Below, one piece after another: positions 31,544-42,423 of a stretch of DNA of 64,000 nt. The notes under the pieces were generated by a model, which worked only from the letters and a program-made list of their open reading frames with translations, searched no databases and was not told the DNA's origin. Each line of letters starts with the position of its first letter. The stretch's first letter is position 1. Both the position numbers and the translations under genes were made by a program. The DNA lies in contig CAWAND010000010.1 in NCBI GenBank assembly GCA_963783335.1, positions 1,285,617-1,349,616 of the forward strand. Reading direction: 5' to 3'. Source of the DNA: an uncultured Chloroflexia bacterium (GTDB taxonomy: Bacteria; Chloroflexota; Anaerolineae; Anaerolineales; E44-bin32).

Positions 31544-32636
31544 CTAGCCACCGCCATCGGTTGTGGGTGTGGCGCTGGGCTCTGGTGTATCCGTCGGTGA
31601 GCCGCCGCCATCACCGGGGGTTGGCGTATCTGTGGGCGGCTTGGGCTTGGGGCGCTCTGCCGTGGCCGTCTTGCAGGCCCGGTGTGCCTTGGTGGCGGTG
31701 GGATAGAGGGTAGCGTTGTCCCACGCAGCCAGGGATTCGCTGTACATGTTTTCGGCCGCACAAGGGTCGTCGGCGTTGATCAGTTGATCGCCATAGTTTT
31801 GGGCTGAAATAGCGTACTTGATATAGGCATCGTTCTTGAGGTAGGGAGCCACCAGATAGACTTGGGCGAACGCGGCGGCCGCCTTGGCCCAATTCAGCCC
31901 CATATAGCTGTTGGCCTGCAGGTAGAGCTGGGCCCAACTTCGCCAGTTGTCAGCGTCGCGGTCCAGCGGACCGAATTGTTCGGCGCGCGACAGATCAAAG
32001 ATGCCCTGCTCAAGCTGACCTTGGTTGGATATTAAATCAATGCCTCGGTTTCTCAACGCCAGGTACATCAAATCATCACGTTCGACGGCTTTGTAGCCGG
32101 CATCCTTGGATTTCATCAGAACGAGGGTGTCGATAGCTGTCGACCAACCGCCATTCTGGATGGAAGCCTTGGCTTGTTCGAACAGATCCTGAACAGGAGC
32201 CAAGTTGGGAGTCGGCGTCACCTGCGGCGTGGGCTGCGACGTCGGCTGATTGAGGGCAAGCAGCGCCTGGGCCAGGCGATCGGGCGCGCCGGGATAGCTG
32301 GGATCAATCTGGATAACGTATTCGAGCCGTTGTCTGGCAATCTCGTAGCGACCAGCATCCAAGTCTTGGACGCTCAGGTCGAATTGCTCTTTGGCCACCT
32401 GGGTGATGGCGTCTTTTCGGGCGACCTCGCGTTGACGGATCCCAGCAAAGTAGCCGATCGTCCCTGTCGCTACAACGATCACCAAGAAGCCGAGGGCATA
32501 CCATCGGACCATCCGCCACAAGCCGGAGCGACCACTGGCGTCGTTCGAACTCGGTTTCTTCGGGTACGGGAAGCGGGGTGCCGGTGGAGGAGGGCTCCGT
32601 TTCCCCTGTGGATTTGGAGGTAGATTCGGGAGACAT
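31544..32636 (-). CDS. Membrane-anchored helical/TPR-like protein with Thr/Pro linkers (apparent frameshift near 32521)
   Basis: ORF 32304-32636 supplies the N-terminus and ORF 31544-32521 the TM and helical domain; removing one T joins them. TATAAT lies 7 nt before ATG 32636. Confidence 0.72.
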
Positions 32637-32643
32637 GTGGCAG

Positions 32644-32698
32644 ATTATACCTTATGGATTTGACCGGCTTGACGCTCGCTTTAAGGGGGTGGTAAGAT
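32644..32698. promoter_or_regulatory. Divergent promoters between TPR genes
   Basis: Minus-strand TATAAT at 32644-32649; plus-strand TTGACG-N18-TAAGAT (extended TG) at 32669-32698. Confidence 0.55.
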
Positions 32699-32772
32699 GC
32701 CATTCCCGCCGAAACTCTGGTCAAGCATGCACAGCATGCAACAATCTCTTGACCATCCAATGAGCAGGTGCA

Positions 32773-34302
32773 ATGTATCTTAGCGGTAGCAAGTGGAGTA
32801 TGCGTAAGAAGCGGCGACGGCCGCCAAATCCATGGCGTATCCTCGCCCTGGTCGTCCTGATTGGGGGGGCAGTCTACTTTGAACGAGCAATTGTGCCCAG
32901 CGTGCCCCCATTGTTTGTGCCCACGGCCACACCCACCAGAAGTTCGGCTGCCGTGCTCCTCGAGGCGCAGAGTCTGTTCCAAGCCGGGAAGCTCGCGCAA
33001 GCTGAGACAGCGTACGAAGAAGCCATCAGTGTTGATCCCAAGCAGGTGAACAACTACATTGATCTCTCGCGGATCCAGGCGCTTTCCGGTGAGCTGGACA
33101 AGGCAGAAACCAGTGCCCGTGATGCCCTGCTTATCGATTCGAACTCGGCGGCTGCGCAGGCAATGCTGGCCTGGGTGTTGGATCTAAGGGCCAATCAGGC
33201 CGGAACTGCGCAGGATCGGCTTCAGCTTCTCGATCAAGCGCAACAGGCAGTTGATCGTGCGATGAAGCAGAATCCAGGCTCGGCACTCGTGCACGCGATC
33301 AACGCTCAGGTTCTGATCGATCAATACCTCTTCGCCAATCAGCAGGATGCCTATCAGCAAGCCAGCGACGAAGCCAGGAAGGCGGTATCCATAGACCCAA
33401 CCTCCTTGGATGCCCAGTACGCCCTGGGGGTTGTTATGGAGTCCACCGGCAACTATGCTGATGCCTTGGATGCCTATCAAACAGCTTTGCGGGCCAACGG
33501 CAATCTCTCCCTGCTCCACCTCAAGGTGGGAGATATGTATCTGGCGGAGGCGGCCCAGGGCATTGGTGATGCTTCGCCGCAGGACCTGACCGACGCCGCG
33601 ATCAGCAGTTATGTCCACGCTTCTTCCCTTGCGCCCAACGACACCATCCCACTTCGCCGAATCGTTCAGGCTTATTCAAGAACTGGTCAGTATGCCCGGG
33701 CGAGTCAGTACGCGGCGGATGCTGTTCGCCTGGCTCCCGATGATCCCTATTTGCACGGATTGCTGGGACAGATGCTGAGGAAGAACAACGAACTGCAACA
33801 GGCCGTTGTCGAATTGGGCTGGGCAGTGCGCGGGGGGCGGATTCCAGGTGAGTGGACGGTCGACGGCAAATCCGTCCAGATCACTGACAGCAGCCGCCTG
33901 GAAGGGCAGTTTAAGGTCGGGGACCAGGTGCAAATCCAAACCACGACCGATGTCAACGGGGCACTGGTGGCCCAGTCCGTTGTGGCCGTCAATCCAGGCA
34001 CGCCGGTGGTCGATTCTACTGGATCTGCGATCACCGGGGAGATCCAGGCCATTCAGGACCCCGTGGCTATCGAGGGATTGCGTTTGGATCCTGGCGACTC
34101 GCGCTCCGTTGAGCTTTATTACACGTATGCACTGGCCCTCGCCGAAAACGGCCAATGTGATCTCGCCGTCCAGGTTTCGCAGGCGATTCTGTTGGGCATC
34201 CAGAATGATGACACGGCCCGCTTTAATGCCGAGGAGGCATTGCGGACATGCGGTGCCGAAGTCACCCCCACTCCGACACCGGCGGCGACTGCCGCGCCCT
34301 AG
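32773..34302 (+). CDS. Membrane-anchored TPR protein with an inserted DUF5666-like domain
   Basis: Basic N-terminus + TM + PTATPTRS, multiple TPRs (A...Y..A...DP), WTVDG..KVGDQVQI insert, Thr/Pro tail. Confidence 0.85.
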   Translation: MYLSGSKWSMRKKRRRPPNPWRILALVVLIGGAVYFERAIVPSVPPLFVPTATPTRSSAAVLLEAQSLFQAGKLAQAETAYEEAISVDPKQVNNYIDLSRIQALSGELDKAETSARDALLIDSNSAAAQAMLAWVLDLRANQAGTAQDRLQLLDQAQQAVDRAMKQNPGSALVHAINAQVLIDQYLFANQQDAYQQASDEARKAVSIDPTSLDAQYALGVVMESTGNYADALDAYQTALRANGNLSLLHLKVGDMYLAEAAQGIGDASPQDLTDAAISSYVHASSLAPNDTIPLRRIVQAYSRTGQYARASQYAADAVRLAPDDPYLHGLLGQMLRKNNELQQAVVELGWAVRGGRIPGEWTVDGKSVQITDSSRLEGQFKVGDQVQIQTTTDVNGALVAQSVVAVNPGTPVVDSTGSAITGEIQAIQDPVAIEGLRLDPGDSRSVELYYTYALALAENGQCDLAVQVSQAILLGIQNDDTARFNAEEALRTCGAEVTPTPTPAATAAP

Positions 34303-34326
34303 AGGCGCAGCGGACCTCACGAAGCC

Positions 34327-35853
34327 ATGAATTTACGCGGCGATCAGCTCAAGCTGGGACCAGATCGAGGCATCAATCTGGGCCGCATTCTGGTCCTCGT
34401 TGCGCTTATCGGGGGCGGCTTGTTTCTGCTCCAGATGCGCGAGTCGGGCCAGGTCAAACCTCTGTTCTTACCCACGCCCACAGCCACTCGCACCGTGAAG
34501 TCCTATGAGGAGGAAGCCACGGCCCGAGTCTCGGCCGGCAATCTCCCGGGCGCCATCGAGGCCTACACGAAAGCGCTCGAGGTCAACCCCGACAATGCCA
34601 CGCTGTGGGCAGAGCTGGCCCGCATTCAAACCTACTACAGTGCGCTCCAGGCCAGCAATGTCGACCGTCTGGCGCGGCTTGCGGAGGCGCGTCAGTCAAT
34701 CGATAAGGCAACGCGGCTGGCGCCCAATGACGGCTTCATTCGGTCCATTCGATCCAGAGTCTATGATTGGTCTGCTTCGGCATACCAGGGAGACGATAAG
34801 GCGCTGTTCGACGCTTACCTTACCGAAGCCGACCAAAGCGCGAGGCAGGCCCGGGAACTTGTCCCCAACAGCGCCTTGGCCCAGGCATACCAAGCCGAGG
34901 TCCAGGTCGATCAAGGCAACTATCTCACGGCCTATGACTCGGCCAAGAGCGCCGTCGATCGGATTGAGAGCGGCACGGCTGCCCAGTCGGGATCAGGTTC
35001 GGCAGATCTGGACGCCATCGATGCCTACTGGGTGTTCGGCATCGTTTCGGAGAACAATGGAGACTATCGGGGGGCGATCGCCACCTATCAGAAAGCTATA
35101 CAGATCAATCCCAATCTAACCTTTCTCTACCTGCGGTTGGGTACGAACTATCGCAAGCTTGCAGGGAACGCCATCAATTTGACAGAACGGCGGAGCCTGG
35201 TGGATCAGTCGCTGTCCGCCTTCGATCGGGCGGCGCGGATCAATGAGCAGAACAATGTACAAGACCCTGTCCCCTATTTGGCCATCGGGCGCACCTACCT
35301 CCAAGAAGGCGAGTTCTTCATTGCTGCCCGGAACGTGGAGCGGGCGGTTCTGTTGGACAAGAGCAATCCGGCGCTGTACGGGTTCTTGGGGGAGGTCTAC
35401 TATCGAGCGCGCAACTACGAAAGCTCACTCCAGGTTCTAAAGTGTTCCGTAGAGGGCTGCGATGCGCACCAGATCGGCGAGTTGCTGTGCAACGGGATTC
35501 AAATCTTGAACTGCGACCTCAACAACAAGACGGTCGATGACTACGGACAGGCAGTACCCGGCCTTCCATTGGATTCTGGAAGCCTGGAGTACTACTACAC
35601 GTATGCATCGGCGCTTGCCTATCTCTCCGGGTCCGCCGGATACGAAAACAACTGCCAAATCGCTGAAGGACTGTTCTCCCAGCTTATGTCGTCTTATGGG
35701 AACGATCCGACCGTGGCCGCCATCGTTGCCGACAATCAGGCCATCTGTGCGTCAGCCGGGACGAGCCCGAGGACTCCAGCTGGCACCGTCGGCCCCGAAA
35801 CATCGCCCACCCCTGAACCAAGTATGCTGGAAACCCCTTCTGCAACGCCTTAA
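34327..35853 (+). CDS. Membrane-anchored TPR protein, paralog of the upstream gene, with a Cys-rich insert
   Basis: TM + PTPTATRT, TPRs, shared GL.LD..S.E.YYTYA.ALA motif; stop codon lies within the IS target duplication. Confidence 0.85.
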   Translation: MNLRGDQLKLGPDRGINLGRILVLVALIGGGLFLLQMRESGQVKPLFLPTPTATRTVKSYEEEATARVSAGNLPGAIEAYTKALEVNPDNATLWAELARIQTYYSALQASNVDRLARLAEARQSIDKATRLAPNDGFIRSIRSRVYDWSASAYQGDDKALFDAYLTEADQSARQARELVPNSALAQAYQAEVQVDQGNYLTAYDSAKSAVDRIESGTAAQSGSGSADLDAIDAYWVFGIVSENNGDYRGAIATYQKAIQINPNLTFLYLRLGTNYRKLAGNAINLTERRSLVDQSLSAFDRAARINEQNNVQDPVPYLAIGRTYLQEGEFFIAARNVERAVLLDKSNPALYGFLGEVYYRARNYESSLQVLKCSVEGCDAHQIGELLCNGIQILNCDLNNKTVDDYGQAVPGLPLDSGSLEYYYTYASALAYLSGSAGYENNCQIAEGLFSQLMSSYGNDPTVAAIVADNQAICASAGTSPRTPAGTVGPETSPTPEPSMLETPSATP

Positions 35854-35856
35854 CTC
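35840..35856. repeat. 17-bp target-site duplication, left copy
   Basis: CTGCAACGCCTTAACTC, identical to 37304-37320. Confidence 0.93.
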
Positions 35857-37303
35857 TGTTGTAGGTCCGTGAAAATGTCACCCGAATAGTTCTGAGAAAA
35901 TGTCACCCCTCGGTCTTCTTCGGCTTGCCCTGGATGAGAAACGGCTTGCGCCAGGGGTGATCCGGAGGCGGTTTGTAGGGTTGTTGTGATTTTCTGGCTG
36001 GGCGTTTCCGGCTGGTGGGAGTGATCCTGACCCTGACGGGTTGGGGATCGGCGGGCGTGAACTTGGCGAGAGTAGGCGGACCGGCGAGCAGGGGCTTGAA
36101 GCGGGCAATCGGCTTGCCCTGGTAGGACACCAGGAGCTGGCCGTTGAGCAGCTGGCGGACCTCAACACGGCAGCGGGCGTAGCTGCGCCGAGGAGATCCT
36201 GGCTCGATGGAGAGCCGCTGACCACTGAAAGAAATGGCGTTGTCGTTGGCCACCACGCGCTCATGTTTGAAGCACAGGACATCTTCGGGCTTGAGTCCCG
36301 TTGGCCAGGGTCGATAAGCCGACGGCTCCTCGGCAGGAGGCACGGCAAAGCGGGCGTTGAAGCGCGACAGGAAGCCGGGCAGGACCTGATTAGCCTCTTC
36401 GAGGGACGTGGCCCCAGCCTGGCGGAGTGCCTTGACCAGGCGGTCCTGGAGGGTGCCGAACAGGCGCTCGATGCGACCCTTGGCCTGCGGTGAATGAGCT
36501 TTGATGAGCAGGATATCCAGTTCATCAAGCAAACGGCCAAACTGGCTCCGGGGGAGCTTCCCGGCCAGTTCTTCGGCGATCGTGGCCTTCTTCGGGCTCT
36601 GGAAGATGGTGTGGCGATCGGCGTAGACCGCTTCTGGGAGACCGTGGGTTTGGAGAATGTGCTGCAGGAGCAGGAAGTAGCCAACGGCGTCTTCCTCAGG
36701 ACGGAACACAGCCCACACCACCTCACCGGTGGCGTCGTCGATGGCGGCCAACAGCGACAACTTCGGGCCCCGGTTTTCAAGCCAGGCATGGTCGCTGCCG
36801 TCGATTTGCAGGAGCATGCCGCGGCGGGCCGAACGTGGCCGCTGGCTGCGGTGACGCGGGGAGCGTCGCTTCCGCGGCCCGGGCACGCCAGCTCCCCGAC
36901 GAATGCGCCGTACGCTGGACCGAGACAGGATGATGTCGTGTTCTTCGGCCAGGATCTCCGTCAGGTGGTAGTCGTTGTAGTCGGAGTAGCTGCTCTTGAC
37001 CAGGCCGACCACCTGCTCTCTGAGTCCAGGCGAGAGGCGGCGTGCCGTCGCCCGGCCGCGGTTGCCGTGAACCAGGGCCGACGGACCGTCGCGGCGACAG
37101 GCAGCCAGCAGTCGCCGCATCTGCCTCAACGACAGACCCAGCTTCTCAGCCCCTTCCGCAGCCGTCCAGCGACCTGCCACAACTTCTGTGATCACGAAGA
37201 GTTTTTTCTGTTCTCGAACGGTCAAGGTCACCTCTCTGGTTTTGTCCATGAGGTGACATTTTCTCGGAACCGTTACGGGTGACAAATTCTCAGAACTTTA
37301 GCA
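35857..37303 (-). mobile_element. Complete IS1202-family (ISNCY) insertion sequence, 1447 bp
   Basis: TG..CA termini; each end carries two copies of a GTTCYGAGAAAATGTCACC-like motif in inverted orientation; 17-bp flanking direct repeat. Confidence 0.9.
35903..37249 (-). CDS. DDE transposase (IS1202/ISNCY type)
   Basis: N-terminal HTH, HGNRG, QIDGS.H.W, YADRHTIF, SPQAKGRIERLFGTLQDRL, C-terminal HPWR. Confidence 0.93.
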   Translation of the reverse strand: MDKTREVTLTVREQKKLFVITEVVAGRWTAAEGAEKLGLSLRQMRRLLAACRRDGPSALVHGNRGRATARRLSPGLREQVVGLVKSSYSDYNDYHLTEILAEEHDIILSRSSVRRIRRGAGVPGPRKRRSPRHRSQRPRSARRGMLLQIDGSDHAWLENRGPKLSLLAAIDDATGEVVWAVFRPEEDAVGYFLLLQHILQTHGLPEAVYADRHTIFQSPKKATIAEELAGKLPRSQFGRLLDELDILLIKAHSPQAKGRIERLFGTLQDRLVKALRQAGATSLEEANQVLPGFLSRFNARFAVPPAEEPSAYRPWPTGLKPEDVLCFKHERVVANDNAISFSGQRLSIEPGSPRRSYARCRVEVRQLLNGQLLVSYQGKPIARFKPLLAGPPTLAKFTPADPQPVRVRITPTSRKRPARKSQQPYKPPPDHPWRKPFLIQGKPKKTEG

Positions 37304-37320
37304 CTGCAACGCCTTAACTC
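37304..37320. repeat. 17-bp target-site duplication, right copy
   Basis: CTGCAACGCCTTAACTC, identical to 35840-35856. Confidence 0.93.
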
Positions 37321-37349
37321 TTGACACTCAAGGCCAAATTGAGTAAACT
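37321..37349 (+). promoter_or_regulatory. groESL promoter
   Basis: TTGACA-N17-TAAACT. Confidence 0.8.
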
Positions 37350-37360
37350 GACCAAGCAAG

Positions 37361-37387
37361 TTAGCACTCGCGCCACGAGAGTGCTAA
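37361..37387 (+). promoter_or_regulatory. CIRCE element (HrcA operator)
   Basis: Perfect TTAGCACTC-N9-GAGTGCTAA upstream of groES. Confidence 0.97.
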
Positions 37388-37442
37388 CTTGCAGTGTGTG
37401 TAACTGACAGCCCAATATTCATACGTTTTCAGGAGGCTACGC

Positions 37443-37736
37443 ATGTCCCTCAATCTCAAACCTTTGGGCGACCGCTTGATCGTCAAGCCGCTCGAGCAAG
37501 AGGAAGTCACGTCCGGTGGGATCGTGCTTCCGGAAACCGCCAAAGAGAAGCCCCAGAAGGGCGAAGTGGTGGCGGCAGGTCCGGGTGCGCGAGACGAGGA
37601 CGGAGACCGAATCCCGATGGATGTCTCCGTCGGCGACAAGGTCTTGTTTGCCAAGTATGCAGGTACGGAAGTCAAACTCGATGGCGACAAGCATTTGATT
37701 CTGCGTGAGAGCGACATTCTCGCCATCGTCGAATAG
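37443..37736 (+). CDS. groES: Co-chaperonin GroES
   Basis: [42 protein letters not shown]. Confidence 0.98.
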   Translation: MSLNLKPLGDRLIVKPLEQEEVTSGGIVLPETAKEKPQKGEVVAAGPGARDEDGDRIPMDVSVGDKVLFAKYAGTEVKLDGDKHLILRESDILAIVE

Positions 37737-37798
37737 CAGGGTCATTTCCCCCGATTCATCCGGCGGGTTCATCCCGCCCATCCGCTGAGAGGAGTTAA

Positions 37799-39439
<1,641 letters not shown>

Positions 39440-39478
39440 ACCGGCGATTCGCATAAAGAGTTTCAAATTGTCGGCAAT

Positions 39479-39504
39479 CATCGGCCCCCGTAAGGGGGCC
39501 GATG
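39479..39504 (+). terminator. Terminator hairpin after groEL
   Basis: CATCGGCCCCC-gtaa-GGGGGCCGATG. Confidence 0.75.
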
Positions 39505-39590
39505 TGCTTTCCGCTTGATGTCAGCCGATTGTCACGAGCTGAACCTCAACTCGAGGCAAAATGGTCACATACGAGAGGAGGTATCCATCC

Positions 39591-39794
39591 ATGATGGCAG
39601 AAAATGAACAGCGTGCACTTCGGCGGTCAAGGCGAAACCGAGTGGTTGCCGGCGTATGCGGAGGTCTGGGGGAGTTCTTTGGGATCAGCCCGACCTGGTT
39701 CCGGCTGGCATTCCTGATTGCACTCATCCCCGGCGGCGTGCCAGGACTCGGTCTCTATCTACTGCTCTGGCTGATCATCCCCTCGGGTCGATGA
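39591..39794 (+). CDS. PspC domain protein
   Basis: LRRSRRNRVVAGVCGGLGEFFG..YLLLWLIIP; GGAGG SD. Confidence 0.9.
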   Translation: MMAENEQRALRRSRRNRVVAGVCGGLGEFFGISPTWFRLAFLIALIPGGVPGLGLYLLLWLIIPSGR

Positions 39795-39879
39795 TATGGG
39801 GGAGACAAAGAGATCGGAAAGTCGATACGAGGAAGGCGAGATCTAAGCCTTCCTCGTTTTGGCGAAGAGACCCAAGATA

Positions 39880-41142
39880 TCAGATTTCGACGACTTCCCC
39901 ACGTTTGACCACCAAGGATACGAGATTGGCTCCGAAACGGTAGCCAAGATGTCGGTAATCCGGAACGTCCAGGATGATGGCGTCAGCTTGCTTTCCTGAC
40001 TCCAAGCTTCCGAGACGATCTTGAAGACCGACCGCGGCCGCGGCGTTAATCGTCGTGGCTGCAATGGCTTGCGCCGGGGTCAGGCCCATCTTTCGGCAGG
40101 CAAGCGCCAGGACGAACTGCATCGACTCGCACCAACCTGTGCCGGGATTAAGGTCGGATGCCAGAGCCAGCAGCCCGCCGGAAGATAGAATCTTCGATGC
40201 GGGTGTGTACGCTTGCTCGTTGAGCCCGAACGGGGTACAGGGGAGGGCGACGGCCACTGTATCCGACTGCGCCAGGCTGCGGATTTCCTCGTCCGTGGTT
40301 CGCACCAGATGATCTGCCGAGACGGCCCCCAATTCAACCGCTAACGCGGTTCCCCCGAGGGCCTTGAACTCGTCGACGTGCACCTTGAGCGGAAAGCCGA
40401 GGTCCCGAGCACTCGTCAGTATGCGCCGAGTCTGGTCAACCGAAAACGCCCCTTCTTCGCAGAATGCGTCCACGAACGGTAGGGGTCGATCGGGATGATC
40501 CTGTGCCCACCAGGATTTAAGATCGGGCAGCATCTGGTCAGCGACGATCGAAGCGTATGCATCCGCCCGGCCTTTAAACTCTGGGGGCACAGCGTGCGCG
40601 CCGAGGAAAGTCGGTACCAGCTCCATGGGTCCTGCGCTATCCACCTGCAGGATCGCCTGCATCAGCCGCTTTTCACTCTCCCATTCAAGCCCGTAACCGC
40701 TCTTGGCCTCGGCGGTGGTCGTCCCGTGGGCCAGCATTCGCTGGGCTCGGTCGAGAGACTGCCGCACAAGATCCTCGATGCTGGCTGCCCTGGAGCGGCG
40801 AACCGTGGAAAGGATGCCTCCCCCCTTGGCCAGAATCTCCATGTAGGTGGCGCCCTCTTGGCGCAGCTCGAACTCTTCTGCCCGGTCGCCCGACCAAACC
40901 AGGTGAGTATGCGGGTCAACGAAGCCGGGCATGACCAGCTTTCCTGAAGCGTCGATGGTGCGTTCGGCCTCGAATTGCTGGCGAAGTGCATTGCTCTCAC
41001 CCGTGTCGACCACGTCACCCTGATGGATGGCGACGGCCCCATCCTCAATCAATCCCAGCTCGCCCAGCGATGATCCCCGTTGAGGGCCGCCGGCGACCGT
41101 CAGGAGCTGATGGGCGGAATGGATTAGCAAGTCGATGGTCAT
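39880..41142 (-). CDS. hutI: Imidazolonepropionase
   Basis: PGFVDPHTH, GGGILSTV, KSGYGL, FLGAH, SADHL, DLNPG; ATGA overlap with the true MFS stop. Confidence 0.94.
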   Translation of the reverse strand: MTIDLLIHSAHQLLTVAGGPQRGSSLGELGLIEDGAVAIHQGDVVDTGESNALRQQFEAERTIDASGKLVMPGFVDPHTHLVWSGDRAEEFELRQEGATYMEILAKGGGILSTVRRSRAASIEDLVRQSLDRAQRMLAHGTTTAEAKSGYGLEWESEKRLMQAILQVDSAGPMELVPTFLGAHAVPPEFKGRADAYASIVADQMLPDLKSWWAQDHPDRPLPFVDAFCEEGAFSVDQTRRILTSARDLGFPLKVHVDEFKALGGTALAVELGAVSADHLVRTTDEEIRSLAQSDTVAVALPCTPFGLNEQAYTPASKILSSGGLLALASDLNPGTGWCESMQFVLALACRKMGLTPAQAIAATTINAAAAVGLQDRLGSLESGKQADAIILDVPDYRHLGYRFGANLVSLVVKRGEVVEI

Positions 41143-42342
41143 GAGACGACCTTTCTTGGCAGAGGCAATTCGTCGATCTTGACGAATGTGATCAGAATGA
41201 TGAGCGCCAGCACGTCCAACCCAGCGGAAAGGGCCACGTTGCCTCCCATCCCTTGATGGAAAAGCCTGGGCCCGAGAGGGGCGCCGATTGCCCGGCCGAG
41301 CGAGAGAGCGGCCACATTCGCGGCCATCACAGTCGCCCGGGCTGAGGGCAAGATCTCGGTCATCAGCGAGATGGATGCCACGATGACGATCTCGAAGGTG
41401 ATATAGAAAAAGAACAAGCGACACCAGAGCTCCGGGAATGGATGTCCCCAATCTGGGAATGGCAAGACATGAAAGCGCATTGGCAAAAATGAAAAAGCTC
41501 ATCATCTTGCGCTTCCCTAGGCGGTCGGAGATGGCGGCAACCAGTCCTTCGCCGCTGAGTTCTGCCAGCCCGATCACCGTCGAAGCTACCCCCAAGGCCA
41601 CCACCTGCAGGTGGAAGGCATCCTCGAGCCATACGCCGTAGACGATGTTGACCAACTCATTGGCCACGGTCGAGATCAGGCTCACCAAGAGCCCAGCTAC
41701 CGCCGGCGTGTGAGTCGCAACAAGCGCCATGCCTTTCAGCAGCCCACGCGGGCGTCCTATCGACTCGGTATCAGGGGGAAGGAGCCTCCAGAGCACCACC
41801 AATCCAGCCAAGCCAAGGAAGGCCAGGACCGGAAACGGAATGCTCCAGTTTGTGGAAGCGATCAACCAACCCACCAACGGGAGACCGACAAGACCCGCTG
41901 CCGACCATCCGAACTCGGTGATGGCGATGGCCAGCCCGCGTTGGGTGTAGGCAACCTGGTCGCCGATATAGGCTTGCATGGCCGGGTCGAACAGAAGCTT
42001 GCCAGCCATTGAGACGACCAATGCGGCGAACACGAACGCGTATGTGGGTCGGATGGGCACGAGGAAAAGGCCGCCGCTGAACAAGGCCAGACCGAGGAGC
42101 ATGGTCCATTTGCGGCCGCGAACATCGGCCAAAGATCCGATGGCGGGTGCGGCCAGGCCGAGCAGGGAGCGCGCCGTCACAGCCAGCGCCATCGTCTCCA
42201 AACTGACGCCTAGGCCGCGGGCAAACACCGGCAGGAAGGGATAGATCATCCGGAAGCTGGTGTTGAGGATGCCGCGTGTACCTGTAATCGCCAAGAGTTG
42301 AAATCTAAGCCGATGGCGTCGTGGCATGCCGGGGATAGTCAT
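41139..42342 (-). CDS. MFS transporter (apparent frameshift near 41417)
   Basis: GSLADVRGRK and SDRLGKR loop motifs; the last TMs are in ORF 41139-41486. Confidence 0.85.
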
Positions 42343-42423
42343 CGGCGATCGGTGGCTGGACGCGGCCGTCGGTCTACGCGTTTCACGGCTATGGCATCTG
42401 AGGGATGGACGTCGGGCTGGATC

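Noticed and set aside
37298-37349. Second CIRCE-like sites (TTAGCACTG at the IS junction; TTGACACTC..GAGTAAACT)
   Set aside because: One is a lone half-site; the other has an 11-nt spacer and a poor right arm.
39880-42342. Apparent 820-aa MFS-HutI fusion
   Set aside because: One extra base near 41417 shifts the MFS into the hutI frame. The true MFS end is in ORF 41139-41486 with an ATGA overlap onto the hutI start, and the linker reads as out-of-frame sequence.
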